A DNA stretch of 64,000 nt from Auanema rhodensis (lineage: Eukaryota > Animalia > Nematoda): assembly GCA_964057225.1 (NCBI GenBank), contig OZ059898.1, positions 7,502,001-7,566,000 on the forward strand, given 5' to 3'. Numbering within the stretch: position 1 is the first letter of the stretch; every line of letters begins with the position of its first letter. The notes under the pieces were generated by a model. It worked only from the letters and a program-made list of their open reading frames with translations, ran no database searches and was not told where the DNA came from. Positions 1 through 14,500 of this stretch are shown here, in pieces. Position numbers and translations under genes: made by a program.

Positions 1-145
1 TGAAGTAAAAAATTCACATGTTCTACTAGATAACATATGTTTTTATTAAATATAATTTATAATAAATTTTAATATATAGTAATTCTTTAACTATATAGAT
101 ATATAGAGAAATCTATATAATTTTAAATAATTTCAAATGAAATAC

Positions 146-252
146 CTCTTGTATTCTTGTGATATTTGCTGTCATCTGAATCTTGAGGTAATATTGCCTA
201 TTGATGATGAGCATGAAGTGTCTTGAAAGGATGTGCATGAAAGAGGAATTGC
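146..252 (-). CDS. Possible exon (..MHILSRHFMLIINRQYYLKIQMTANITRIQE|gtattt) of a gene continuing left of the window
   Basis: CAG acceptor, GAG|GTATTT donor, one open frame, GC-richer than flanks. No homology recognised. Confidence 0.25.
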
Positions 253-2092
253 CTGTTCCGAAAGACGTAAAACAAGAAAAAATGATTTTTTGATTTCAAA
301 TACTTTTTTTTGTGAAAATAAGCTTTGAAGAAGATTCTTAATCAAAGCTATGTAAAAGTTCAAATTGATTAGATTTTGGGTATAATTGTATTACAATGAA
401 AAGCTATTTAGATGAATTCATAGTGAAACAAGAAACTTTTTTTTTTTCCAATTCAAAGGTAATCTAGAAATTTAAAAACGAATTTTTACTTTTTTTATGT
501 TTAAATTTCAATCAAAATATGTTGTACCTTAAATAGTATTAAATAAAAACAATAATAAAAGAACAGAAATAAAATAACAAATAAAATAAATTAATTTCTA
601 CATCGACGTCATAAGAAAAACATTATTTATATATGTAACTATTTTATTTTATTATATTATTTATATATATATAGTATATATAATTCAAAAGCAAAAATGT
701 AAATATATGTATGAACATATGATAAAATCTTCTTTGTTTGATACTTATTTTTGAAAAAAACGTGATTAAAAGGATATTCTTAAAGTATTTATATTATAGA
801 ATTTGATGGATTAAGGTAAGTTTTAAAGAAAAAAAAGTTTTGAAAGATAAATGGTTAACATATGAGAAATACAAATGATTTGTCTTTGTCTATTTAAATT
901 TATTTTTATACTTCAATAGATAAGGTAAAGAACAGGATAATAGAGAGAGAGACTGAGAGAGGGGAGGTGAACGAAAATGAAATGAAGAAGAAATGCTGAA
1001 GACAAGGAAGAACTCATAAGTATACAAGGATATCTTATTCTTTCTGATACTATTTCAAGCCAGAATCTTATAAAAGTTCTAGAAATAGATTTGTGCGATG
1101 AAGATGAAGAAGAGAAACTAGAGCATATTCATATAAAAAGTTCGATCAAGGTTTTTGTGCTTTCGAAATCAAATTTGTGGCCTCCGGGAGAGTGACACAG
1201 CATACTAAGTAAGCAGAAGCATCAGAAGAGTAGGATAGTGGATAAGCAGTAGAAGACATACAAAAATTTATATTATATTTTGGCCAATATTGAAGGTTGG
1301 AAAGAGGTGTATGGACCTAAGAAACGCCATTCTTACACTTGCTCTTCCCTTTGCTTAAAAAAAAATAAGAAGATTGAGAGAGAGATATAAAACTGGACGA
1401 TCAGAACACGAAATGAGAGCGAGCAAACGAATAAAGAGTTTGTGATGAGGAGAGGAATTGAGATGCAACTTGCAGGAGATTATGCCGGAGAGTTCCTGAC
1501 ACGACAAAAAAGAAAAAGAAATTGGGTGTGGTAACACCGTTAAAATCTGAGCAGAAAAGCCTTGTCAATCTTTTTAGTCAAGTTTCGCTTGTTGAAAAGC
1601 TGTGTAATTGATGTGAATTTCAGGTGAAGTCTAGAGACTATAAAGAAAAAGAACTGAGAGAGCGGAAGAGCAAGAGGGAAAAAAGAAGAAAAAGAGAGGG
1701 AGAGATGAAGAGAAAGTTAGAAGATGGTGGGAGGGCAAATGTTAAAAAATAGAATAAAATGAAAAAAAAGAAAGGAAGCTATACTTTTCGGAAAATGCAT
1801 AGTTATTTCAAGAATGAGCAGTAGACCATATAGTTAAAAGAATGGAAAGCACATCATCAGTTTCATATGATAAAGTCTAATGAAAACTAGAAAATATCAC
1901 ATAACTGGAATTCATATACTATACGAGATTAAAAATTGAAAAATGCGATGAGATAAACATTTAAATGATATACGATGATATCAACAATGTTTCAAGTTTG
2001 ATATTCCGGAAGTTTTATTCTTATGTTTTTTTTTATGAGAACTAATCCTACAGATAATAAGATAATAGGAGATATGTAAAGAGAGATGAGAA

Positions 2093-2098
<6 letters not shown>

Positions 2099-2145
<47 letters not shown>

Positions 2146-2155
2146 GAGAGAGAGA
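2099..2155. repeat. (AG)n microsatellite
   Basis: Direct reading. Confidence 0.95.
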
Positions 2156-2718
2156 AATTACGTGCATATGTATGTACGTAGGTAGGGAGGGGATCCAACA
2201 ACAACTGACTTGTCATATGAACAATTTGAAAATCATTAAATTATATGATTTTCAAATAATCAAAATTTAATTTTGTCAATAAAATATATTCTTTTTACTT
2301 TTTTTATTTTCTTATTCTTCCACAAAAACTTAGCAATGTCATTAGTTCGAAATGTTGCTCTGACACAAGTGTTGAGAAAAAAAGTACAAGTGAACAAGGA
2401 GCAATAAGTTTATAAGTTGGAAGTAAGTTCAACTACTTTTTTAATGATATAAGACTGAAGAAGACAACACAAAAGCTGCAAAAATATGAATAACACATAA
2501 TGGAATACATGAATATATATGTCATTCTATTTATATTTAATATTATTTATAAATATATAATATTTATAAAGTTTTCTCTTTTTCTTTTGGAACAAGAAGT
2601 ATGAATATACATGTAATTGCCAATATAATTTTCAAATATAGTAAATAACTGTATATAATATGTTGTTTACGTATCCTTTAACAAAGATAAAGAGAGATAA
2701 AAAGAGGAAGAGCGATTA

Positions 2719-2719
<1 letters not shown>

Positions 2720-2780
<61 letters not shown>
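2720..2780. repeat. (AG)n microsatellite, imperfect
   Basis: Direct reading. Confidence 0.95.
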
Positions 2781-2781
<1 letters not shown>

Positions 2782-3116
2782 AAGGAGTGGGATGTGTGAA
2801 AATAAGATGAGGTAAAAGAGATATGTGGAAGATGAATATTGAAGAATAAAAAGCCAATGATCATGGAATCAAAAAAAAACGAAGGAGAAGTCAAAAAAGA
2901 AATCATTAATCTGTTTACTAAACTTGATTGTACATTCATAGGACAGAAATAACAAAATTTATTTTCAAGATGACGTAAAGCCATATAAATTTTCTTCTAA
3001 ATAACAAAACAACTAAGCGCTATTTGATGGTGAGAATAGAAAGAAAATCTCGATCATTTTTGTCTAATTTAATATTGAAAAAAAGAAAATATTGAACGAA
3101 CTAAATATTCTATTCA

Positions 3117-3300
3117 ATATATATATATATCTATATATAGATAAATATATTTATTTATAAAATATATATATATATATATATACAGTATATATTTAATATT
3201 TATAAATTTATATATAATATATAGATTAAGATAGATAAATAGATCTATGTATAAATATATAATTATGCATTTTTTATATATTTTATACAGTATTCTATAT
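3117..3300. repeat. (AT)n-rich low-complexity tract
   Basis: Direct reading. Confidence 0.9.
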
Positions 3301-3409
3301 AATTTCATGATCTTCTATTAATATTATTAATTTTATTTGCATTATACATGTTGGAAAAAAAAAGAAAATTGAGCTCTTCTTCTTTATGTTGAAAGTAGCG
3401 CTTTCTTAC

Positions 3410-3471
3410 AAGAATTGATGACATAATAGCAAGATTATCCAGATGAGTATGTTGCTGGAAATCAGAAGCAT
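3410..3471 (-). CDS. Possible signal-peptide first exon (MLLISSNILIWIILLLCHQF|gtaaga) of a minus-strand gene running off the left edge
   Basis: Hydrophobic N-terminus followed by a GTAAGA donor. No in-frame downstream exon identified. Confidence 0.25.
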
Positions 3472-6400
3472 ATTGTGGAGGCCATGAAATCGTTGTTCAT
3501 GTTCTTCCTCCTACTCTTCGTTTAGAAACTTTTCTCTCAAATTGCTCTTTCAAATTGGTCTCCATACTGCAATCACTTTGATACTTTGTTTGTCAGAAGT
3601 TTCTTACAAAAAAAAACTTGTAAAATGAATACAATTAAGAATATTAAGAAAAAATTTAAAAAAAAAAGATTGTAAAGTCTGTCTATGTCTAATAATTGAA
3701 TATAGTTAAATATTTATAAATTATATTAAATATCAAACAATATACATATATAGTATATAGATACATACATACATACATATGTGTTCTTTGATATGAAATT
3801 ATACAAAATAAATGATTTCTTAGAGATAATTTATATTTTAAATATATAAAATAATAATTTATTTTTAGATCAAAACCTTAAATAAGGTTAAAAGCATATT
3901 TATATATGTATAGTTTAAAGTTATTATGTTATAATACTACTTTTGAACTAAACTTGAACAAAACTTCCAAATGCAACCGCTATTATACATCAAACAACAA
4001 TAAAAGTAAAGAAAATACGAAAATGTGAAAAGTTCATAATTTATTTCAATTTATATACTATATATAGATATATATATATAATTATTTAAATTATATAATA
4101 AGTAAATTTTGTGTTAGCTCAAGAGTTTTCGACACATTTTTGCAGTAAAATTGTTGGCCTTTAGGTTGACGGCGTTCAATTTGAAAAACAAAGCTTTTGG
4201 AGAAAAAAAAACGAAGAAGCAAAGCTGAAAGCTTAAAAATATAAAACAATATTTAAGCATAGTATAATGCCGATTATCTATAAGATTTTTGACCATATTG
4301 CTCAGGCTTCTTCTATTATCTCTAATAATAAACAGTTCAAAAAAGCAAATACTGCTTGGATTCGAAGAAAAACTATATAATAAGAATAATATAAATTTGA
4401 TAAAAGTATAGAAATCAAAGAAACAAGATGTTTCATTGTTTATTCCACAGAAATATTGAAAGAAAAAAAGGAAAAGCCTATAATATATATATGGAAATAT
4501 GTTAATAAATCAATTTTCATGTTGCGATATTCTTTTTATTTTTTTATTTAAGTAAGTAAAATATTTTTTTATTTTTTAAACTCTATTTCCCCCTCTCTCT
4601 CTATATATATCTCTCTATCTATCTACATACATATGTTTCTTCCTTATATCTATATCTATACATATCTATGTATTTGAATAGTATGTTATTTAAAAATGTA
4701 CATGTAAAGTGCAAATACTAAATAAGAATCAAAAATGAGGAAAATTGTACTTAACTTCCCTTTTACTCTTAGTCTTTTCTTTATTATATCATATAACTTA
4801 GTCACTTATAATTATAAAATATGAAATAAATCTTTAAATATAAACTAATTTAAATAATTAAATTAACTATACTATCATTAAAATAAAAAGTAAAAGAAGA
4901 ACATGAACAAGAAGAAAAAAAACATTTTTTTCTAACTTTTCTAATCTTTTTTCATTTTTTTCTCTTAAAAATATAAATAATGTAATGCAATATCTAGTAT
5001 AAGTCAAAAAAAAAATTTAAAGTGAAGTGATACTTCAGACTTAAATGAATAATAACAATGACTGGTATTTGAAGATGAAGCTGAGAAGTATCTATCTATC
5101 TATCTATATAGTATATATATATATGATAATCAAGTTGTAATTGTTTATTTAGACTTGAAAGTACAAAAAAATATTTTTTTCTTAATCATTAATCACATGA
5201 ATTGAGTGATACTTGATATTTATAACAAATAAATAAATATATTATATATATATACTATGTATATTATATAATTTCATATATTGTAAATCTTTTTTTTTTG
5301 TTTATTTTCAAACTAAAAATATTCTAAACAAAGAAAACAAAAAGGAAGAACATATGTCAGATTGAAGAAAAGAGGAAGAACATTGAATCATTTAAGGTAT
5401 TTGAAATGAAATGAATTACTCATCAGTCCTAAGGACATTTGGCATTAGGCGATCAACCTAATGATCCAGTGGGAGGAGGAATTGATATGAAAGCACAGAT
5501 TTGAGGTGGTTTGTGGTGGGCGGTGGTGGTGGAGGTTTGAACACGAGATAGAGCTTGTATCCCAAGTTCAATGGTCACTGGTTGGGATAATGAAAGGTTG
5601 AGATATCATGAGTTATGATCAAGCAAAGAGATAGAGAGAGGGTTGAAAGCTTTGCTGATATATGAGGTACAAGAGAGAAAAAGAGATGAAATGTGTCACA
5701 CTTTTGAAATTTTTATCACTTTGCAAGCATTTTCAAACTAAAAATAGAACAAATGAATAAAACAATTAGAAATGTAAGTTACGCAAAGGTATAAGATATT
5801 TGAAATAACAAAACGATTTTCAATATTATTTATATTAGAAATGGAGAAAATTTAGAAATTTTTCTTTCAAATACGCATAAGTTTGAATTTAAAAAGAAAA
5901 TGTTATTCAAATATATGTATGTACATACATATAGTATATAATTTATTTTGATTTGAAATATGTGTAGTTTGCATGTTTTACTATGTTATAACCTTAATAT
6001 AATTTTACAAATGGTATATGCGTGTACATCAAAATATGTTTTCTTTTAAAGAAAAACTAAAGTTATTCAATAAAATAAAAAAAAAAGTTTCTAATCACAT
6101 GAAAGTAGATGCATTTTCGTGTGGAAGAGTGGAAGCTAAGATTCAGACTAAGATTAGGTCAGCTTAGGTACAATAAATAAATGAATCAAAGTTTTCAAAT
6201 ATTTAACAAATAAATATAAATCATTAACAGTTAAGTTCAATTGATTAATCTATTATATTATAATTAAAAGATTAATTTCTTTAATTTAGACAACGTTTCA
6301 CTATTTTTAAATGGGTTCAGTCAATTAGCAACAGTGAAACATATCAAATGGCAAAACTGAGTCCGGATTTGGTCATGAAATTAAAAGATCAAATTGGTTA

Positions 6401-7682
6401 AATCGTCTAACTGATTTATAGCAAGCATTTATTTTAAATTTAGAAAAAAAAACTTTTTTTATATTGAAAAAACTATATATTTATTCTAAATAATTATATA
6501 AAAATATCTATTTTTAAATAATAATTTAACTTTAATATAATTCAAAAATCTCCATGAACTTCATACGTTCAACTTGATGTAATTTCATCATTATTGAAGC
6601 TATTAAAAGAATTTTACACAAAAAAAAAAGAATTTCGTTTAACCTATCTAACAAAACTTGTACTTTATGTTTTAATCATGGTTATCACACTGTATGATCG
6701 ATATTAAAGAAGAAGATGAGCACATTTTAAGTACATATGTATATATATTTTATATTGAACTAACTATTATAACAACTGTTCTTCAAAATTTCACTTTTTT
6801 TTCTTTTTTCACGCCACTATTTTAAGAATTTTTTCTGCAAAAAAAATAAATTTAAACGGATATGAATTGCAGAAAATACATACATGCAATCTTTTTTTTT
6901 CAATTTTTCTTGCTTAAATAATGTATTCAAATTTCATAAAATATTATATTTAAACGTCATAAAGTAAAATATGAAATGTATATAATGAATATTATTTGAA
7001 TCATGATAGATATGTGTATATGTATGTATAATATTTTTTTTGTTTCATTTATTTTAATTGTATTTTTTTTAAAAAAAATATTTAAATTTCATATGTGCAT
7101 CAGAAAATTTAACGACAATTTCCTTTTCTTCCTTTTTTTTTTCTTTTTTCAGTTCAAAGAAAATGTTTGTTCATTTCATTTGTCAAAGCAGAATAATACA
7201 AATTATTCTTAAGGCAATCATATTCCGGAAGAAAAATTATAAAATGAAAGAAAAATCAAAAATAATTATGTGATTATTCATACAAAGAGTTGCTAACGAT
7301 GTTGCTAAAATTGAACAAAAGACTCTAAACTAGCCCTTTGGTTTGCAAGGAAATCGCAAAAAAATGAAAATTTTTGTAAATTTAAAGAAGAAAATTTTTT
7401 CTTTTTAATGATAAAGACATAGATATCTATTTAATTTTTAATTCAAAACCTTTAATAAAATCTATGACTGAAATCTATATTTACATATATTAAATATTAT
7501 ATATAATATATAATAAGCTCACTATCTATATGTAATTGGAAAGTTGAATGAGCCTAAATATTAATAGATTATGATGATGATGTATAAAGGCTGGTTATAA
7601 TAAACTATATGTATATTATATATATAGTAAAAATAGAATAATATGCAGAAGAAACACAGGAAGCTCAACTCGGATGAACTTC

Positions 7683-7690
7683 TGACGTCA
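7683..7690. promoter_or_regulatory. Perfect CRE palindrome TGACGTCA
   Basis: Exact CREB/ATF consensus in a small GC-richer island; function inferred. Confidence 0.4.
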
Positions 7691-10091
7691 GCCAGCAAAC
7701 AGGACGACGACGACTGAATTCCACAACTTACGACATTTCAAAAGAAAACTTGAATTCAGATTAAGCAGTACTATGCTATATTTCTAAGCTTTTTACTATA
7801 ATATATACAAGAAAAGTTAACATCAGTACATAGCAAGGACAGTTGAGAATGAAATTTAGAATTAATTTGAATTTTTTTATTTTAACTATTGAGGAAACAT
7901 AAAATTCAAATAAACAGAACTGAAAAGAACTACATATTTTGTGATTTAAGATTTTTGTGATCAAAATAAAAATAAGATTTAGATTTTAAAATAAGAAAAA
8001 CAATTTTTATCTAATATGGAATATATATATAAGTTATAGTAATATAAATATAAATATGCATATAGAGAAAGATAGAAAAGAAAAATAACAAGGAGAGCAA
8101 GTGAAAGGAGCAAAGATGGATGAACACAGCAGAACGTGGGTAAAAAGCCTGTAGGGATTGAGGTTAGAAGTGGAAATCAAAAGTTAAGCCGAGTCAGAGA
8201 AATATGAATTAAATTCTTTTTTTTTTTTGCATTTAGCTATACCATATACGTATTTACATATGTACGTATCATATAATTTTGATACGAAATCTGGTATGTA
8301 ATTGCGTCATTGCTCTTACATACATACATACATATATGATTGTTTAACGTACTACACGTCATCAGATATCTGAGATGATCAAGATTCAAACTGCTCAGCT
8401 ATTTCCAACATATCATTTAACATCTTATTAAACAACAAAAAAACAATTAATTATTATAATATTAAGAAGAAAAAGATTACTATAAAATTAAAAAAGCATA
8501 ATGTTATACTTCAAAGGCAATGAGAAAGATAAATGATGGGTAAAAGAGGTAGAGGGGGGAGAGGGAGAGGGAGAGATTTCTCATTTTCTACATATAGTTT
8601 ATGTAAAGTTAACTATAGAAATAATTATAGAATAGGCATTTTGTATTAGGATTACATCTCAAATACAGAGAAATATATATTGTAATGAGAATATGTATAT
8701 GTTATAAATTTCTAAAATGTTCATAAATACTTCGAAATACTTCAAATTTCATGGAATGAATTAACTAATTTAGAGTGTAATCTCTCTTTTCATCTAATTA
8801 TTCAAAAGAATGAAGTGGAATTACAATTCACTAAAGTTAAAGCTCATGAGACAAGTTAATTGGCAAGGTTTTCCCTTGAAGATTGGAAGTAACATTTTGA
8901 AATAAGCTGGAAAAAAATTTGATGAAGTCTAAAATCTTGCTCATTCTATATACATATGCCAATATTTTGAAAAGTTTTATTGATGAAAATATAGATAACA
9001 AGTATTATTCATCAACATTTCTAATTTACTATATTTCCTTGTCTATTTGAAGAAGTCTGAATGAAGCTATATACATATATGCATACATATATAATATTTT
9101 TTTTTGTTGAAAATAAATAGTTTATTTATAAATATTTTTATAAAATATTATAAAATATACTATATAGTTAAGAAATTAAAAAAAAACTTAATTTGTATTT
9201 AGTTAGTATTGAAGTTATTTTGTATTTTCTTTGAAATTAGCAATATGTTTTACAAAAAGATCTCAGCTCACTACAATCATTAATGTTTGTTTAATAAAGT
9301 TTCTAAAAATAAAACTTTAAGATTTAAAAGAAAGAAAGGAAAAATGAAATATTGAAGAAATAAAAATTGAAAAATATTGTTGAAAGAGAAGAAATCATGA
9401 TAGACATGTAGTGACTGAAGAGTGAGAGTATATTCGAACACAACTTCTTCTTGGTAATGATCTGAGTGATGAAATCTGAATTCTATGATATTCGAAAGGT
9501 AACATCAAGATAAAGGCAGAAAACTGATAACAGCTGTGCTTCTAAAACAAAAATGCTTTGTTAAAATATATTTTAAGATCTTTTGAATTGATTTTTGATT
9601 ATCAATTATAGAATTTTTGTTCATGAAACTTGATTTTGCAAAAAGCAATAAAGAAATAAAGCCAATAGAAGATCCAACTAGTAACGAAGAAAAGAGAGAA
9701 AGCAAGGATAAACGAAAGAAGACAGAGATAGAAGTATTGGGAAAGACTGAAAGAGAGAGAGATAGAGAGAGAGGGAAAGAGAGAGAGAGAGAGGGATTAT
9801 GATTTTTTTTTTCGCAGAAAAGAAACATTGCTGTCAACATCCCACAGGCAGACCAATGATTGTGTCGAGACTCAACAGGAAAGAAGACGAAGAAAAAGCT
9901 TAGAAGCTAATAGAAAGCAGATCTGTTCAAACCCCAGATGTCATGGAAAGAAGATATTTTTTGTTTCTTGTTACATAGCTCAAATTCTGGCAGAATCACG
10001 TAATTACAATTAATGAAGTTACTGGGAATATTAAAGATTTTTTTTTGAATTTCATTTTCATAGAAAATCAAAACGATATGTGAATATAGTG

Positions 10092-10099
10092 TGACGTCA
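10092..10099. promoter_or_regulatory. Perfect CRE palindrome TGACGTCA
   Basis: Exact consensus match; function inferred. Confidence 0.4.
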
Positions 10100-11545
10100 A
10101 TGATTGCTATTCATCTTAACTTCTAACTTTTAGCAAATAATGTTAAATACAATATGCATATATTTAAGAAATATTATGTGTTATATAGTATATAGTTTTA
10201 TTTATTATTTAATATAAATTAAAATATTTTTATTTATTTTTTTTAAAATATATATAAACATATTTATGTGTAAAATGACAAAATATTCGTTTACAAACAT
10301 ACTTACATACATACGTCTAGTATGTCTTGTTTGCATGTCTATGTCAAAAAAAGATATAAAATGATCTAATAATAAGTTTTAAATAAATTTATTTTTTTTT
10401 TAAGATTTAATACATAAAACTATAAAACTTTTATTATAATTAGCATATTCATAGAATAATTCTTATATTTTTATTATTAAACTATACATTTCTATTGTAT
10501 TATTTTACATGTCCCCTAGAAACCATTTTAATAGTTCAACGACATTTGATTTAAAGTTTTAATTATAATTTTAATTCCTAGAATATGATGATGTAAATTA
10601 AGATTAAATAACAAGTTTAATATATAACTATATGTACTATTTATAATATACATATATAATCAATTGTTTTTGTATTTAAAATTAATGATCAATGAAGTAT
10701 GTTTTCCAGAAATTTTAATAAATTATAAGTTTTTAATTCAAAAATATATAATTAACTTATACGTTATATATATATATATATATATCTTTATTTATTATAT
10801 TATCATCATCTTATGTTGTATAATAAGAATAAGAAATTTCTCACATCAAATCAGGCCGATATATAAATGTCCATGACATGCGGAAACCGGTCAATCTAGG
10901 TTTCATCGTACTAACTAACATTTCTTTTTTTTTTCAAAAATTTCAATTGTAGTATGGTTTGAACTTCAGTCAATTGTTTCATTTCTTTACTTTAAGGCTT
11001 CATTATCAAATATTAGATCTTATACCTCATCATATTTCTAATTATTCTTTTATAGTTTCATGATTTTCATATATACATAATCCTATTATATTATTCTAAT
11101 AATAAAACAATGAGAATATATATATATATTATATATATAACGATTATAAGATATAGTTAATATGATTTATTTTATTTTTTTAAAGCTAGTTCATTATCTT
11201 AAAATATCTTTATTTAGTCTTCTTCGGCTGCAAAATGATTTATAAATGAATTTTTTTTAAATATATTTTATTAATCATATAGTTTATTATAATTATAAAT
11301 TATAATAATTACTTAATATTTAATTAACTATTAAACTTTTTTTTTCATTTACTTTTAATGATGATATCAAATATATTGTTTGTGATAATCTTTTTATATA
11401 ATACTAACTATATGTATATAGATTTAGTTAATATTATTTCTTTTAAACCTAAAAGTAATTTTTTTTATCAATAATATCTCTTTCGTTTTTATTTGTTTTC
11501 TTTTATTTCTCATCAGCTTGACAAAACGGAAGATAGTCGAAGGAC

Positions 11546-11559
11546 GATTGACGTCAATC
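11546..11559. promoter_or_regulatory. Extended CRE palindrome GATTGACGTCAATC
   Basis: 14-bp perfect palindrome with a TGACGTCA core at 11549-11556. Confidence 0.45.
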
Positions 11560-14500
11560 CAGACACTTGTAACCAATGTAGCAAAATCTTTAAGATATTA
11601 TCCATTTGTTCACTTATATTATTATATTAATTATATTATTATTTATAATTTAGTTACATATATATAATCATATATTAACATATAAGTTATATAAGTTATA
11701 TATATATATATATAGTTTATAAAATTATTTCTCGGCTTATATCTACTCTAGGCGATGTAATATTATAGTTTTTTTTGCATCATACATATGTAATATACTA
11801 TGTGATTGAATTTCAATTAATCATTCTAAAATAGCTTATGACATTCAGACGATATCTGGAACTTGTTGAGCTTGGTAATACAACAGATTTAGAGCAATTG
11901 CAGGTCTATTTAAGGGCCACATTGCAGCTTATAGTATATACAACAATTATTTTTTCCTTTTATTTTTCATTTTTAATTAAAAAAAGTTTAAGAAAAAAGA
12001 AAAAGAACAAGAATATACATCAACGTATATGTGTAGTATTAACATCCATACTAGATCTAAAAATATATTTTTGAATAATATTAATTGAATGAACAAAGCT
12101 ATAGAGCTTTGATTTTTGTCTTTATATCATTATTAGTTAAAACTATATAGTATTATTTATATATATATATATAATTAATTTTTGAACACATAGTTAAATC
12201 CAAAGATAAATTTCCTCTTTCTTTCTTTTCTTTTCATTTTTGTATATAAAACTTTTTAACTGATGATTGTATCTTAGATCCTTTTCTACTTTTTAATCAA
12301 AACTTCGTAGAAAAATATGTGTTTTTGAATCTTTAATGTTTTCTTCTACACATGTTCAATCTTCACTTCGTTTCCGCTTTTTTTTTCTAATGAATAATGG
12401 GGATTTGGAATGAAGAAGCAGTGACTATGAACATATTACCGTAAGTAATATCTATAATTCTGAAGAAATCTTTCTTTTCATCTTTCAAATTCAATTTTTT
12501 TATTATTCCTTCACTCTTTTCAGACTTTTCTTCATCATTTTTTACTTTAATTTATTCATTTTTTTAATATTTTTATATATTTATTTATATATGATGATAT
12601 ACATCTGTATGTAGTTATAACATATGACATATTATCCCTTTTTTTATTTCTTTGTTTAAAACATTATAAAGTTTAACTTCATCGTTTGTGAAGTTTGAAC
12701 AATCTCTCCTCCCAACCCTTTCGCTAATGAATATATTTCACCTCTATGGCTCACCAAGCATATTGACACTTTTGAACAATTTTCAAATTTTATAAATTTA
12801 AAAATCATTTCCAGTTTATTTTCATTCCCTTATGCTTCTATTTTCATGTATATTTCTGTTTGATCCTTGACTTTTTATTTGCAATTTCTAGCAATGACTG
12901 ACTGCCTCAGGACGATGTATCGAACTTCTATGAAAGGTGAATAAGCTAGTATTCTGTTGTGTCGATCTGACTATTTTGGGAACAAACAATAAAGTTTCCA
13001 AGTTTTCAAAAGATAAACTAGAGAGATAAACAGTTAACTAAAGAGTTATAAAGTTTAAGTGAAAAACGAATTGATTATGGTGTAGAAGAAGAAGGTTAGA
13101 TAGAAATGGATTGAGTTTCAATAGACAATAGAGAATAGACAAAGAGAAGTTGATTTGGTCAATCTATCCTTTACGTAAAGCTTAATCCAGTCAAACTAGA
13201 ATCATAGTGTTGTGAAATTTGTTTCTTTGCTCTCCTCTCTTAGAAAATAAAAAAATTATTTCGGACTCAAAACTCTTTTTCGGACAACTTTTTCTAATTT
13301 TATTCCATTTTCAGCATATTATGCTCGTCAAGTTTGAAACTAACCAAAAAAGACTGATTATCATTTTTACCGGATAAGCTCTTGAATATGTTCATTTCAC
13401 TCTATATACTATGTCAAACTTTGAACATATTGAGTTCTCACTGAATAAATTTTATATCATATAATTTTATGCAAAAAAAAATGTTTTTTTTTCTATTCGC
13501 TGCATATTTTCCACATTTTTCTGTGATAACTATTAAAAACTTGTTAAAAAATTATAATTTGATTTATTTCATTAATAATCTAACATAAAGACTTCTTACA
13601 TTATAGAAATCATATCTCTATCCACTACTATCAATCAACTATCCCTCTCTCTCCCTCTCCCTCTCTCTCCCTCCCTCTCTCTTTACTTATCTATCTTTTT
13701 TATGTTGTATTCATGAGCAATACTTGTTTTATTCATATTTGCTCTTATGATCTTCTTACCTATCCTCCCCACGTACATCTCTGTTTCAAGTTTTACTCAC
13801 TATCATTTCCTCAATTTTCCTTTGTTTTGGTGAACAAAACGCAGACCATTTTTTCAGTTCTGTTTTCAACTTTCAAGCTTTCTCTCATTAAATTTTGTAT
13901 TAATCCTTGTCATATATATTATTGTATAGAATATTATTTTAAAGTAAATATATGTATATGATAACAAAGAAATCAGGTGAAAGAGAGGAAGAGGGAGAGA
14001 GAGAGAGAGAGCAAAAGAGAGATAAAGAGAGAAATATAAAATTTCGGAATGTAAAAAGATAATATGATTGAAGATTGGTTCATACCATAAGCTTAAAAAA
14101 TATATATTTTGTATTCTGGTTGACAATCTTCTCCGTATTTTCTTCATAATTTCTTTATTAAATTATGTTTTGATCTAATAATAGATTCAGTATCTGTATT
14201 TGATTTAAATGATTTCTCAGTACAATACGAGGATTCAAATATTTGCGAATAATGTAAAAGAAAAAAAAAGAAAATATCAATATGAATTACATTTTTTATA
14301 TTCAAATTGTGAAGTGCAATCCAACATGCTATACGGATGTGAGAAGGTTCATGTCAAAATGAGAGAGGGAACAAGGGAGAAAGAGAGAGAGAGAGAACAA
14401 TTTGGAAACTGATAGAAAAAAATATTTTCATCATAAACTTCATTTGATCTTTCTCTTCTTATTTTTCTTCCTGTTTCTTTCTGAAGAGCAGAATAGAAGG

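Noticed and set aside
5410-5440. Hammerhead-like CTGATGAG cores (minus ~5426; plus ~59256; CTGACGA at 63315)
   Set aside because: No correctly placed stem II plus GAAA or stem III.
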